Counted from the first letter of the stretch, positions 10,390 through 20,872 are shown. The stretch is DNA of 64,000 nucleotides from Alphaproteobacteria bacterium (GCA_965262615.1 OZ253545.1:1216001-1280000); one strand, 5' to 3'. Program-made: numbers and translations. The notes: generated by a model from the sequence alone, not told the origin.

Positions 10390-11225
10390 GGTTTTGCTCC
10401 CCACTCCGCCCCCCATTCAGCCCATGAGCCGTCATACACCCGCACATGAACACCACATAACGCACATGCCGCCGTCACGATGCATGCCGTCACCCCAGAG
10501 CCACAACTGGTGACAACCTCATGCTCACAATCCAATGGCTTTGTTAAAATCTCACGCAAACGCGCGACATCATGATAGAAAATACCATCATCCTGTAGCA
10601 AAAGATTGAAAGGCACATTGACACTGCCCGCAATAGACCCACGCGCCAAACCCGCACGAGGCTCATCTTGCTCACCGTTAAAGCGAGCCGATGGACGGGC
10701 ATCAATCACCCGCACCCGTTGTTCACGCACCAACCGTTTCAGCTCGTCATAATCAATCACATGGTGGGCACGGTCATCGCGCCATGAACAGTCAACGGGT
10801 GACACCACCGTCTCTGCCTCTCCCTCCTCAAGGGGCAAGCCACACGCCCGCCATGATGGCAGCCCGCCGTGCAGAATCAACACATCCTCATGACCAAACG
10901 CGCGCAGATGCCACCACACTCGGGGACTGCTCCATGTCCCCACATCGTCATACACCACAATGGGATGGCGTGATGATATGCCGCGCTCATTCATCATGCG
11001 GGTAAAATCGTCAAGAGACGGCAGCATGTGAGGCAAAGACGATGCCTCATCCTTGATGGTGTCAATATCAAAAAAATGAGCATTGGGCAGACGGCACTCA
11101 TGGTGGCAGGCGAGCGCATCGCGCTCATCAGACGGCAGAAACCATGTGCCATTGATGATGGTGATGGGTTGCTGCTGCTGGCGTTTCTGCAGCGTCATGG
11201 CATCTATGAGGGGTGACGCAATCAT
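10386..11225 (-). CDS. sseA: 3-mercaptopyruvate/thiosulfate sulfurtransferase (tandem rhodanese)
   Basis: LPHMLPS, DARPSARF, active site CGSGVTAC, YDGSWAEW. Confidence 0.92.
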   Translation of the reverse strand: MIASPLIDAMTLQKRQQQQPITIINGTWFLPSDERDALACHHECRLPNAHFFDIDTIKDEASSLPHMLPSLDDFTRMMNERGISSRHPIVVYDDVGTWSSPRVWWHLRAFGHEDVLILHGGLPSWRACGLPLEEGEAETVVSPVDCSWRDDRAHHVIDYDELKRLVREQRVRVIDARPSARFNGEQDEPRAGLARGSIAGSVNVPFNLLLQDDGIFYHDVARLREILTKPLDCEHEVVTSCGSGVTACIVTAACALCGVHVRVYDGSWAEWGAEWGAKP

Positions 11226-12235
11226 GAGGAATCATCCATCCAAGGGGGCAGAGGCAGTTGTTTTTGCAGCAAAAATTCTCGGTTATACAATTTGCTGCGG
11301 TAGCGATTGCCGTCATCACACAAGACGGTGACGATGGTTTTTCCTTTGCCCAAACGCTGTGCCAGTTTGCAAGCGGCTGCCACATTGATGCCACTGGAGC
11401 CTCCCAAAAACAGCCCTTCCTTGTCAATGAGGTGGTAGAGCATGGTCATGGCTTCGGTGTCGGTGATTTGCATTTGGTCATCAATGGGTGCGCCTTCAAG
11501 ATTGGCGGTGATGCGTCCTTGTCCGATGCCTTCGGTGATGGAACCGCCCTCCGATTTCAGTGTGCCGTGCTGATAATAATGATACAGAGCCGAGCCCATC
11601 GGGTCAGCCAGAGCAATCACAACATGAGAATTGACCTCCTTGAGCCTCATGCCCACGCCCGCCAATGTGCCGCCCGTTCCCACAGAACAGACAAAGGCAT
11701 CCACAGAATCATTGGTGGCGTGGCGAATTTCTTGCGCGGTGGTCTCATAGTGAGCGCGGCGATTGGCAACATTGTCAAACTGATTTGCCCAAATGACCGC
11801 CTCCCCCGCTTCTTGCAGTTCGGTGGCAATGCGTTCTGCCACCCGCACATAATTGGCGGGATTTTTATAGGGCACGGCTTGAGTCAGACGCAAGTCAGCT
11901 CCACACAAACGCAGGATGTCTTTTTTCTCGTCACTTTGCGTCTCAGGCATGACAATAATGGTGCGATAGCCGCGCCCTCGTGCTGCGAGAGTCAAGCCGA
12001 TTCCCGTGTTGCCCGCCGTTCCCTCAACAATAATGCCCCCTTGGGTGAGTGCACCTGATTGTTCCGCATCATCAATAATAGCGCGCGCCGCCCGATCCTT
12101 GATAGAGCCGCCCGGATTCAAAAATTCCGCCTTACCAAGAATACGGCATCCCGTTTGGTGCGACAGTGTCTGAAGTTCAATCAAGGGAGTGTTGCCAATG
12201 GCATCCCAAAATCCAGCGGCAATAGAAGCCATCAC
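11222..12235 (-). CDS. cysK: Cysteine synthase (O-acetylserine sulfhydrylase)
   Basis: IGNTPL, KAEFLNPGGSIKDR, EGTAGNTGIG, GTGGT, TEGIG motifs. Confidence 0.92.
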   Translation of the reverse strand: MMASIAAGFWDAIGNTPLIELQTLSHQTGCRILGKAEFLNPGGSIKDRAARAIIDDAEQSGALTQGGIIVEGTAGNTGIGLTLAARGRGYRTIIVMPETQSDEKKDILRLCGADLRLTQAVPYKNPANYVRVAERIATELQEAGEAVIWANQFDNVANRRAHYETTAQEIRHATNDSVDAFVCSVGTGGTLAGVGMRLKEVNSHVVIALADPMGSALYHYYQHGTLKSEGGSITEGIGQGRITANLEGAPIDDQMQITDTEAMTMLYHLIDKEGLFLGGSSGINVAAACKLAQRLGKGKTIVTVLCDDGNRYRSKLYNREFLLQKQLPLPPWMDDSS

Positions 12236-12238
12236 CCA

Positions 12239-12919
12239 TCAACGATTGGCACGAGCAATGGCGATGAATTCCAATAAATCATCCTCCGACAAAAATCCTT
12301 CACTGATCTCGCCATTGGCAATCAATGTGGGCGTGGCGGCAAATCCCAATTGTTGAGACATGGCAAAGGTTTGACTCAAAATATCACTGATGCGTTGCTC
12401 TTTGGCGGCGCGAATGATGGCAACCGCATCCAATCCCTGTGCCTTGATGGCATCAATCACCTGTTGTTCTCCCAGCCGTCCTTTCATGGTGTAGAGGGTG
12501 TCTTGCAGTGTGTGGGCGGCATCCACATCCATCAACATCACCGCCAGCACAAGGCGCGCCGCCTCCACCGAGCCTCTGCCCAGGGCGGGAAATTCACGAT
12601 ACACAAGATGAATATCGCCATCCAATGCCACAACATCGCCAATGGTTTGATGCATCACGCGACAGTAGCCGCAATTGTAATCACCAAATTCCACCAGCGT
12701 CAAAGAGCCATTGGGATTGCCTCGTGACAATGCACCATCGGCAAATGCCGCGCTTTTTTCAAACTGACGCATGGTTTTTTTGCGCTCCCGTGCCGACTGC
12801 TGTGATGCCATCGCCACCGTCCATCCCTCATCATGATCATGACCATGCACCAAAGGAGGTGCGGTGACAGCAAGGACAAAAATCACCCCGCCATAAATAA
12901 GTCTGTGAATGTGTCTCAT
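12239..12919 (-). CDS. DsbA-family periplasmic thiol-disulfide oxidoreductase
   Basis: Signal peptide; EFGDYNCGYC (CxxC), EFPAL, ATPT cis-Pro motif. Confidence 0.85.
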   Translation of the reverse strand: MRHIHRLIYGGVIFVLAVTAPPLVHGHDHDEGWTVAMASQQSARERKKTMRQFEKSAAFADGALSRGNPNGSLTLVEFGDYNCGYCRVMHQTIGDVVALDGDIHLVYREFPALGRGSVEAARLVLAVMLMDVDAAHTLQDTLYTMKGRLGEQQVIDAIKAQGLDAVAIIRAAKEQRISDILSQTFAMSQQLGFAATPTLIANGEISEGFLSEDDLLEFIAIARANR

Positions 12920-13019
12920 GAACGCCTCTGTGCTGGTAGCCAGTTTGGGTGGAATGTGATATAGCCCTTGTTTATCATAAAGTATGCCCTGCTGTCACCC
13001 GTAAAATTGCCTGATTGTC

Positions 13020-14243
13020 ATGTCTTCTTCGCCGTTTGTGCCGTCATCGTTTCCATCATTGCCTGAGATTGCGGGCGTGACGATGGCATCGTGCCATGCC
13101 GGATTCAAAGGCAAAGCCAAAACCGATTTGGCGTTGTTTTTGCTTGCCGAAGGCAGCCGGGTGGCGGGTGTGTTTACCTCTTCCTTGTGTGCATCGGCGG
13201 CGGTGCGCTGGTGTCAGAAATCTTTGCCTCATGGCGGCATTCGCGCGTTGGTTGTCAATTCGGGCAACGCCAATGCCTTTACCGGCAAAGCGGGACGGCA
13301 AAGCGTCAATGACACCGCACAACACCTCAAGCAAAAACTGAATGTGTCATCACACGATATTTATCTCGCCTCCACAGGCGTGATTGGCGAGCCAATAGAT
13401 AGCCAGCGCATCAATGAGGCATTGAATACCCTCATGCACAAACAACGCAGTGACGGCTGGGAACAAGCGGCGCGCGCCATCATGACCACCGACCAATTTC
13501 CCAAAGGCAGCTGCCGTCAATTCACCATTGGGGATTATCCCGTTTCTATCGCGGCGATTGCCAAAGGCGCGGGCATGATTGCTCCCGATATGGCGACCAT
13601 GCTGTGTTTTATATTCACCAATGCCAACATCGCACAGCCGGTGTTGCAACAGATTTTGACGAGGCAAAACGCTTCCAGTTTTAACGCCATCACTGTGGAT
13701 GGTGATACCTCCACCTCCGACAGCGTTCTTCTCATCAGCACGGCTGACAGCAATTCGCGAGCCATCACATCCATGAGGGATGAAGGGGCAGAGCCATTCG
13801 CCCAGCATCTGCACGCCGTGATGCACGACCTCGCCCTGCAAATTGTGGGAGACGGCGAAGGTGCGCGCAAACGCATCGCCATCCATGTGCAAGGCGCAAC
13901 CAGTGATGATGCCGCTCGCATCATCGCTTTTTCCATCGCCAATTCACCCCTTGTCAAAACCGCCATGGCGGGCTCTGACCCCAACTGGGGACGCATCGTC
14001 ATGGCGATTGGCAAGGCGGGACAACACGCCGACCCCGACCATATCTCCATCAGTCTGTGTGGCATCGCCGTCACCCACCACAGTGAGCCACAGCCACACG
14101 ACCGCACCCTTCTCACACAGCTCATGCAACAAGACGAACTCACCATCGCTGTTCATCTGCATTTGGGAACGGGGAATTTTACCGTTTGGACCAGCGATCT
14201 CAATCATCACTACATCACCGTCAATGCCCACTACCGCAGCTAA
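13020..14243 (+). CDS. argJ: Bifunctional ornithine acetyltransferase/N-acetylglutamate synthase
   Basis: NSGNANAFTG, ASTGVIG, IMTTD, KGAGMIAPDMAT, DGDTSTSD, DGEGA, DPNWGR. Confidence 0.95.
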   Translation: MSSSPFVPSSFPSLPEIAGVTMASCHAGFKGKAKTDLALFLLAEGSRVAGVFTSSLCASAAVRWCQKSLPHGGIRALVVNSGNANAFTGKAGRQSVNDTAQHLKQKLNVSSHDIYLASTGVIGEPIDSQRINEALNTLMHKQRSDGWEQAARAIMTTDQFPKGSCRQFTIGDYPVSIAAIAKGAGMIAPDMATMLCFIFTNANIAQPVLQQILTRQNASSFNAITVDGDTSTSDSVLLISTADSNSRAITSMRDEGAEPFAQHLHAVMHDLALQIVGDGEGARKRIAIHVQGATSDDAARIIAFSIANSPLVKTAMAGSDPNWGRIVMAIGKAGQHADPDHISISLCGIAVTHHSEPQPHDRTLLTQLMQQDELTIAVHLHLGTGNFTVWTSDLNHHYITVNAHYRS

Positions 14244-14655
14244 CCACACCATCGTCATGGCATCCTTACGCAATGGACAAGGACAGTGCCTCATCACCTC
14301 TCGCCCTCAGGGCAAACGCATGGCGGGGGCATGGGAATTTCCTGGCGGCAAGGTGGAGGCGGGCGAAAGCCTCACCCAAGCATTGGTGCGAGAACTTCGT
14401 GAAGAACTGGGAATCGTCACCGATGAGACCGCCTTTGTTGTCGTCACGCGCCATGATACGAAACGGCTGGCTCTGCATCTGTTTTTTTATCCCCATGCCA
14501 TTGAGGAGGTCATCGCCAAAGAAGGACAGGACATTCAATGGATTGACCCCTCCGCTTTTCCTATTGACAAAATGCTTCCCGCCAATAAACATCTCATTTC
14601 CCCCCTGCTGACTTTGATTGACCATTATGACCGTAGCCAAATCCCGTCCCGTTAA
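14224..14655 (+). CDS. mutT: 8-oxo-dGTP diphosphatase MutT (Nudix)
   Basis: WEFPGGKVEAGES...LVRELREELGI Nudix box. ATG 14224 overlaps the argJ end; argJ-mutT synteny. Confidence 0.88.
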   Translation: MPTTAANHTIVMASLRNGQGQCLITSRPQGKRMAGAWEFPGGKVEAGESLTQALVRELREELGIVTDETAFVVVTRHDTKRLALHLFFYPHAIEEVIAKEGQDIQWIDPSAFPIDKMLPANKHLISPLLTLIDHYDRSQIPSR

Positions 14656-16396
14656 ATCTCTCAGCGGCTTGCTTGCCCTGATGTGGCGTTATCCCTTCAA
14701 GCTGTTGGGAGCATTGAGTGGCGTGGCGTTGTCGGCACTGCTCACCTTGAGCGTGGGGGCGGCGGCATCGGAGGTGGTGGATCAGATGTTTCAAGGAGAG
14801 TCTCTCCTCTCGGCGACCCAATTGATTTTTTTCATCGCCTTGTTCTTTTTCTTGCTGGCGATTGCATCGGGCGTACGGTTGTATTTCATCGGCTGGGTGG
14901 GCGAGCGGGTGATGGCGGATTTACGCAATCGCCTCCATCGCCACATTCTGCGCCAGCCACCCGCTTTTTTTGAACTCAGACGCACCGGCGACCTCATCGG
15001 ACGCATCACCACCGATTCTGCCATCATTCAAACGCTCATTGTCTCCACAGGGTCTATGGCGTTGCGCAATTTGTTGGTGGTGGTTTTTTCCATCATTGCC
15101 ATGTTTTATCAAAGTCTGACGCTGTCGCTCGCCCTCTTCATCACCATGCCGCCCATGATGATTGCCATCATTTTTTGTGCCCGCAGGGTTCGCATGTTGT
15201 CCAAAAAAAGCCAAGAGACTCTTGCCTCTGTGGGCAGTCACACCGAACAAAGTCTCAGTGGCTTGCGCATCATTCAGGCATTTGGCAATGAAGAGCGTGA
15301 TGTGAGTCAGTTTGCCTCCAAAGTGGAAGAGAGCTTTGATGTGGCGCGCGCCCGCCTGCGGATGCGAGCACTGCTCACATCCTTGGTGCTCATAGGCGTG
15401 ATTGTGGGCATTGGCTTGATGATTCATATCGGCGTGGATGAAGTCAAAAGCGGAGCGATGTCGCCTGGTGACTTCACCGGCTTCATCTATTACGCCATCC
15501 TCTCGTGTGCCACCGCGGGCGTTTTGAGCGAATCTCTGAGTGATGTCATGCGCGCCGCCGGCGCAGCCGATCGCCTGTTTGATATTTTGGCTCATGACAC
15601 CCCCGTGCGCCAACAAGAACCCACCGTGCACATCACCAAACCTCAAGGCAGCATCGCCATTCAATCCTTGTCATTCACCTATCCATCGGGACACAAAGCC
15701 CTTGCCCTTGATGATTTCACCATGTCCGTTGCTGGTGGCGAGCATGTGGCTTTGGTGGGACCTTCGGGGGCGGGCAAATCCACCGTCATGCTGTTGCTGC
15801 TGCGCTTTTATGAATCGCAAACCGGCAGCATCACCATTGATGATGCCAACATTCGTCAAGTGCCGCTATCGGAACTGCGGTCGCTGTTTGCCTTTATTCC
15901 CCAAGAGACCATTATTTTTGCCGGCACTTTGCGGGATAATCTGACCTATGCCAATGAGTTCGCCAGCGATCGCGATTTTCATGAGGCTCTGGAGAAAGCC
16001 GCACTGGGTGACCTTGTGAGCTCCCTTCCTGATGGATTGGATACCGAAGTGGGTGAGCGAGGACTCTTATTGTCTGGCGGCGAGCGGCAGCGTCTGTCGC
16101 TGGCACGGGCATTTTTGCGCCGCCCGCGTATTCTCCTGCTGGATGAGCCCACCAGCGCACTGGACTCTCATCATGAAAGTGAAATCTCCGCTTCGCTGCA
16201 AGAACTCATGCACGGACGCACCAGCATCACCATTGCCCATCGCCTTGCCACCGTGCAAAATTCCGACCGCATCATTGTCATGGACCGCGGCAAAGCCATT
16301 GGGGACGGCAATGACGCTTTTCTCATGAAAAATAATGACCTCTATCGTCACCTAAAAAATCTGCAATTTAGAACCATTCCCCCTAAAAAAACCTGA
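14618..16396 (+). CDS. ABC exporter, fused permease/ATPase (MsbA-like)
   Basis: About 6 TMs; GPSGAGKST, LSGGERQR, LLLDEPTSALD, IAHRL. Confidence 0.9.
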   Translation: MTIMTVAKSRPVKSLSGLLALMWRYPFKLLGALSGVALSALLTLSVGAAASEVVDQMFQGESLLSATQLIFFIALFFFLLAIASGVRLYFIGWVGERVMADLRNRLHRHILRQPPAFFELRRTGDLIGRITTDSAIIQTLIVSTGSMALRNLLVVVFSIIAMFYQSLTLSLALFITMPPMMIAIIFCARRVRMLSKKSQETLASVGSHTEQSLSGLRIIQAFGNEERDVSQFASKVEESFDVARARLRMRALLTSLVLIGVIVGIGLMIHIGVDEVKSGAMSPGDFTGFIYYAILSCATAGVLSESLSDVMRAAGAADRLFDILAHDTPVRQQEPTVHITKPQGSIAIQSLSFTYPSGHKALALDDFTMSVAGGEHVALVGPSGAGKSTVMLLLLRFYESQTGSITIDDANIRQVPLSELRSLFAFIPQETIIFAGTLRDNLTYANEFASDRDFHEALEKAALGDLVSSLPDGLDTEVGERGLLLSGGERQRLSLARAFLRRPRILLLDEPTSALDSHHESEISASLQELMHGRTSITIAHRLATVQNSDRIIVMDRGKAIGDGNDAFLMKNNDLYRHLKNLQFRTIPPKKT

Positions 16397-16432
16397 CATC
16401 CTATGCTAGAACACCTGTGAGGACACATCGTC

Positions 16433-17137
16433 ATGGCGCGCACCCCCCAAAACGAACCGAAAGATTCTCTCCTGCAAGAGATTGAAGGCGAGCTCAAAAA
16501 AGAACGCCGTCTCAAATTATGGAATCTTTACAAAAAGCCCATCATCTACGGCACGGCGGCGGTGGTGATCGTTTTTGCGGGCGGCATCAGCTATCGCAAC
16601 TACCGCATCGCTCAACTGGAGAGCTGGGGTGATTCCTACAGCCGCGCCCTTGACTCCATTGAGGAAGGCTCGCAACAGCGTGCCCTTCGTCAATTGCAAC
16701 AGCTGCAAACGGAAACCTCAGGCTATTATGAGGATCTCACGCTGCTGCAAGAGGCTGCGGTGCGCTCACGAGAAGGCGACCATGAGCGCGCCGCCGCTAT
16801 TTATGCCGACCTGCAACTCTATAGCCGCACACCTTTGGTGCGCGAGCTGGCGACCATCTTGTGGGTCTATCATCAGCTGGATGACGAAGAGCCCGCTCAG
16901 CTGCGAGGACGCATTCAACCCTTCATGAGCCAAGACAACACATGGCATGGAACGGCTCTTGAATTGGAGGCACTGATTTTACTCAAAGAAAAAAAAGAAG
17001 ACGATGCCATCCTGATGTTTGAACAAATCGCTACCACCGATCGCTTTCCTCAAGGTTTGCGGGGACGCGCTCGCGATATGCTGTCATGGCTGGGCAAGCC
17101 TCTTGATGAGCCCGCAAAGGATTCTCCCCTTCCATGA
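16433..17137 (+). CDS. YfgM-like TPR membrane protein (ancillary SecYEG subunit)
   Basis: EIEGELKKER..LW + single TM + TPR-like helices; yfgM-bamB-der synteny. Confidence 0.75.
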   Translation: MARTPQNEPKDSLLQEIEGELKKERRLKLWNLYKKPIIYGTAAVVIVFAGGISYRNYRIAQLESWGDSYSRALDSIEEGSQQRALRQLQQLQTETSGYYEDLTLLQEAAVRSREGDHERAAAIYADLQLYSRTPLVRELATILWVYHQLDDEEPAQLRGRIQPFMSQDNTWHGTALELEALILLKEKKEDDAILMFEQIATTDRFPQGLRGRARDMLSWLGKPLDEPAKDSPLP

Positions 17138-18423
17138 ATCGCCTTGTCGCCGTGTTGCTTGTCGTGCTGTCTGGATGCAGCGTGACTCCCGCCGTTGTTC
17201 TCAAAGGGGAACGCATTGATATTTTCGTGTCTGACACCAGTGGCATTGACACCATTCCCCGCAGTCAAGACAGCGTGACCTTGCCCCTCTCGCGCGCCAA
17301 TCGCCTGTGGGCACAAAAAGGCAAAGATGGACGCCACAGTGGCGGCAATCTTTCGGTGAAACTGCCTCTGAAAACATCCTGGACTCAATCGGTGGGCGGC
17401 GGCGGCGAGCACAGTATTTTATCACCGCCCATCGTGGCTGAGCGCACCCTTTTGCTCATTAATAAAGACCAAGACATCATCGCCCTTGATGCCTTTGATG
17501 GCACTGAGATATGGAGTGCTCCCGTGTATGATGATGACTCCTCCGATTTTAGCATCGGTCTTGCCTATCACGATGGTGTTGTCGCCACCGTCACCCCCAA
17601 TGGCTTTGTTTCGGTGCATCGCATCCAAGATGGCAGCGTGTTGTGGACCAAAGAACTCAAGCAACCAGTGCGCGCCAGCCCCACCATCAGTGAGGGACGG
17701 CTCTACATCATGACCCTCAGCAATCGCCTTGTCGCCATTGATTTGGAAAGCGGACAATACCTCTGGCAGGATTCCGGCTTGCGGCTGGAACTGGGCTTTC
17801 TCGGCTCGGCATCGCCCGCCGTGGATACCGAACGCAAATTTGTTGTCGCCGCGTACTCATCGGAAGAAATTCGCACCATGAGCAGTGATAACGGTCAAAT
17901 CTTCTGGCAAGTGCAATTGCCTCGTGGCACTCGGCTCGGCATCGCCAATCCGATGGAAGACATCATTGCCGAACCCATCATCAGCAATGAGCGCATCTTT
18001 GTGCTGGGATATGGCGGCGGACTCAGTGCCCTCAATGTCAAAGACGGACAAAGCCTCTGGCAATATCCCGTGCGCAGCTCGCAAATGCCGTGGATGGTGG
18101 GCAACGCCCTTTTGCTCATCACGCGCGACCATCAGCTGGTGGCACTCAATCAAGAGGACGGCTCGTTGTTCTGGTCGGTCAAATTGCCCACATTCGCCAA
18201 TCCACAAGAAAAAGCAGTCCCCCTGCAATGGTATGGCCCCATCGTTGTCAATAACCATGTCGTTGTGGTGAGCTCGGTGGGCAATGTCCGCTTCTACAAT
18301 GCGCGCTCCGGGCAATACAGACAGGGAGTCTTCATCCACAAAGAAATTGAACTTCCCCCCGTTGTCGCCTATGAAAACCTCTATCTGCTCACCCGTCATG
18401 CCGAAGTCATCGCCCTTGAATGA
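17134..18423 (+). CDS. bamB: BamB-like PQQ beta-propeller lipoprotein
   Basis: Lipobox LSGC; repeated ALDxxxGxxxW blades; lies before der. Confidence 0.82.
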   Translation: MNRLVAVLLVVLSGCSVTPAVVLKGERIDIFVSDTSGIDTIPRSQDSVTLPLSRANRLWAQKGKDGRHSGGNLSVKLPLKTSWTQSVGGGGEHSILSPPIVAERTLLLINKDQDIIALDAFDGTEIWSAPVYDDDSSDFSIGLAYHDGVVATVTPNGFVSVHRIQDGSVLWTKELKQPVRASPTISEGRLYIMTLSNRLVAIDLESGQYLWQDSGLRLELGFLGSASPAVDTERKFVVAAYSSEEIRTMSSDNGQIFWQVQLPRGTRLGIANPMEDIIAEPIISNERIFVLGYGGGLSALNVKDGQSLWQYPVRSSQMPWMVGNALLLITRDHQLVALNQEDGSLFWSVKLPTFANPQEKAVPLQWYGPIVVNNHVVVVSSVGNVRFYNARSGQYRQGVFIHKEIELPPVVAYENLYLLTRHAEVIALE

Positions 18424-19813
18424 CCCGCCGCGCATCGCCTTGATGGGCATGCCCAATGTGGGCAAATCAACGCTGTTTAACTGCCTCACCAAAACCCCCA
18501 CACAACGCACGCGCGCCCTCACCGGAAGACTTGAGGGATTGACGCGCGATGTGCGTCATGCCGCGATGCAATCCCTTCACAACATTCCCTATACCCTCAC
18601 CGACACCGCAGGATGTCCGTTTCATGCCAAAGAAGACACGCTGGCTGACCACAGCTGGCGGCACACGCAACAATGCCTGCAGACAAGCCATGCCATTCTT
18701 TTTGTGCTGGACGGACGCTATCCCATGGGCGGTGGTGATGCTCACCTTTTGCAATGGGCGCGTCAGTGGGCGCGTCCCACCCTCATCATTGCCAACAAGT
18801 GCGACCATCACGCGCGCGTCCCCGCTATCAGCGAATGGAGCGACCACGACTTTGCCGCTCCCATCGCCATCTCCTGTGCTCATCGGCGCGACTTGCATCT
18901 CATTCACGAATGGATTGATGATATTTTGCCTGCGTCATCATCGCCATCCACGACGACCCAAAAAACTTCTCCATTTGTTGTGAGCATTATTGGCAAGCCC
19001 AATGTGGGAAAATCCACCCTTGCCAATCAGCTCATTGGCACAGAATCCATGCTGGTGAGTGACATCGCTCACACCACCCGTGATGCCATCGCCCACCACC
19101 TTCCCATTCGTCTGCATGATGATGCCCCCTGTCTGCTGTATGACACGGCAGGGCTCACCCGCAACAAACACAGCAAACAAAGCCTTCCCCAAGCACGAAG
19201 GCAAACGCTGCAAGCCATCAGCGAATCTCATCTCACCCTCATCATGCTGGATTGCCGTGAGCCTCCCAGCAAGCAAGATTTTGCCATCGCCGATACCGCC
19301 ATTCAAAATCTCACCACACCACTGGTGGTGCTCAATAAGTGTGACCTCATCACCGCCGCCGCCAAAGCACACATTCAAAAACAATGCCGCGCCATCGCCG
19401 CCGCCCGCATGGCACAAATCGGTGATGTCCACATCATCGCCATCAGTGCCCACAACAAACGCCATGTGGAACAAGTCAAGAAACACATCAGTGCCATGCG
19501 CAAAAAAATGGTGCGCATGTGTCCAACCCATGCCCTCAATCGGTGGCTACAACACATCGTCATGCAACAGCCACCGCCGCGCGGCAAAAGTGGTGTCATC
19601 AAAATGCGCTACATCACTCAGACCCACCACTCACCACCCCAATTCACCCTTTTTGTCAATCGTCCTCGTGAGATGCAGGAATCCTACAAACGCTATGTCA
19701 TGCACCAATTGCGCCGGTTCCTGCACTGTGAAGGCATTGCCATGCGTCTCATCTGGCGCAAAAGCATGACAAGATGGAATGAAAGAGTGACCAATGAGCG
19801 TTTGACCTCATAG
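18398..19813 (+). CDS. der: Ribosome biogenesis GTPase Der (EngA)
   Basis: Two G domains (GMPNVGKST/DTAG/NKCD and GKPNVGKST/DTAG/NKCD) plus KH-like C-terminus (YITQ..PPQF). Start uncertain. Confidence 0.9.
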   Translation: MPKSSPLNDPPRIALMGMPNVGKSTLFNCLTKTPTQRTRALTGRLEGLTRDVRHAAMQSLHNIPYTLTDTAGCPFHAKEDTLADHSWRHTQQCLQTSHAILFVLDGRYPMGGGDAHLLQWARQWARPTLIIANKCDHHARVPAISEWSDHDFAAPIAISCAHRRDLHLIHEWIDDILPASSSPSTTTQKTSPFVVSIIGKPNVGKSTLANQLIGTESMLVSDIAHTTRDAIAHHLPIRLHDDAPCLLYDTAGLTRNKHSKQSLPQARRQTLQAISESHLTLIMLDCREPPSKQDFAIADTAIQNLTTPLVVLNKCDLITAAAKAHIQKQCRAIAAARMAQIGDVHIIAISAHNKRHVEQVKKHISAMRKKMVRMCPTHALNRWLQHIVMQQPPPRGKSGVIKMRYITQTHHSPPQFTLFVNRPREMQESYKRYVMHQLRRFLHCEGIAMRLIWRKSMTRWNERVTNERLTS

Positions 19814-19830
19814 CCACTCATTACTATACT
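19802..19830 (+). promoter_or_regulatory. Putative sigma70 promoter for the PNPOx-cytochrome c-fccB operon
   Basis: TTGACC-17nt-TATACT, near consensus; GGAGG RBS before ATG 19854. Confidence 0.6.
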
Positions 19831-19853
19831 ATGTTATGACAACGGAGGAAGCC

Positions 19854-20510
19854 ATGAGCAAAATCTACAGCACCGCCCACCGCTCTCTGCAAGACCAGTT
19901 TGACACCCGCCGTCTCGCCGATACGGTGGAATCCATCATTGTCCATGACACCATTCAGGAAGACGAGCGCGCCTTTATTGAATCACGAGACTTGTTTTTT
20001 CTCAGCACCATTGATGACCAAGGCAGACCGTCAGTCTCCTACAAAGGCGGCAACAAGGGCTTTGTGCGGGTGGTGGATGAACACACCCTCGCCTTTCCCA
20101 GCTATGACGGCAACGGCATGTTTTTGTCTATGGGCAACATCAGTAGCAATAGCAAGGTGGGATTGCTCTTTATTGACTTTGAACAGCCCCATCGCCTGCG
20201 CGCCTATGGTGAGGCAAGCGTCAGTGATGATGACCCTCTGCTCAAGGAGTATCCCGAATCCCAACTGATTGTACGCATCAAAGTGACCGAAATGTGGCGC
20301 AACTGCCCCCGCTACATTCACAGCTACACCCGTACCGCATCGGCGCGCCATGTGCCTCAAGCCAATAAGGAAACGCCTCTGCCGGACTGGAAAAAACTAG
20401 ACGCTCTGCAGCCCGTCCTGCCCAAAGGCGACCAAGAAAAAGTGCAAGCTCACGGCGGCACGATTTCTATGGAAGAACTGGCTGCCATTGAGCATCGCCG
20501 AGATTCCTGA
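19854..20510 (+). CDS. Pyridoxamine 5'-phosphate oxidase-like FMN-binding protein
   Basis: PSVSYKGG..GFVRV, FPSYDGNGMFLSMGNI, VGLLFIDF, NCPRYIH. Alternative start 19836. Confidence 0.85.
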   Translation: MSKIYSTAHRSLQDQFDTRRLADTVESIIVHDTIQEDERAFIESRDLFFLSTIDDQGRPSVSYKGGNKGFVRVVDEHTLAFPSYDGNGMFLSMGNISSNSKVGLLFIDFEQPHRLRAYGEASVSDDDPLLKEYPESQLIVRIKVTEMWRNCPRYIHSYTRTASARHVPQANKETPLPDWKKLDALQPVLPKGDQEKVQAHGGTISMEELAAIEHRRDS

Positions 20511-20872
20511 TGACCTTGCCGCTTGTGCTTGCCCTCCTCCTCTCCATCATGGGAGCGGGTGAGCTGCACGCCATTGATGATGAAGTCAAAAAACGCCTGT
20601 TGGGTCCCCAGCGCACCACTCAGCAAAACTATGCACCGCCTGATGTCACCATCATTGCTCAAAGCTGCATGACCTGTCATGGCTATGAGGGCGCGCTGGA
20701 AGGTTCTTCCATTCCACCACTGGTGCATCATTCGGTGTCGCAGCTCAGAGACCAGCTCATTTTTTTGCGAGACAATCCCGATGCCGCCACCATCATGCAC
20801 CGCCTGCTCATCCCCTTCAGTGACGATGACCTCACCCAACTGGCATCCTATTTTGGCGTGAGTGATGAGTAA
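20510..20872 (+). CDS. Monoheme c-type cytochrome (FccA-like subunit)
   Basis: Signal peptide, single CMTCH heme motif, ATIMHR axial Met region; coupled to fccB. Confidence 0.82.
   Translation: MTLPLVLALLLSIMGAGELHAIDDEVKKRLLGPQRTTQQNYAPPDVTIIAQSCMTCHGYEGALEGSSIPPLVHHSVSQLRDQLIFLRDNPDAATIMHRLLIPFSDDDLTQLASYFGVSDE

Noticed and set aside
13843-14223. N-terminal extension of mutT; likewise the long starts for rpsF (30107), rplI (29376), hpr (33920) and rsmD (41823)
   Set aside because: The extensions overlap neighbouring genes or repeats; downstream ATGs match family N-termini or have an RBS.
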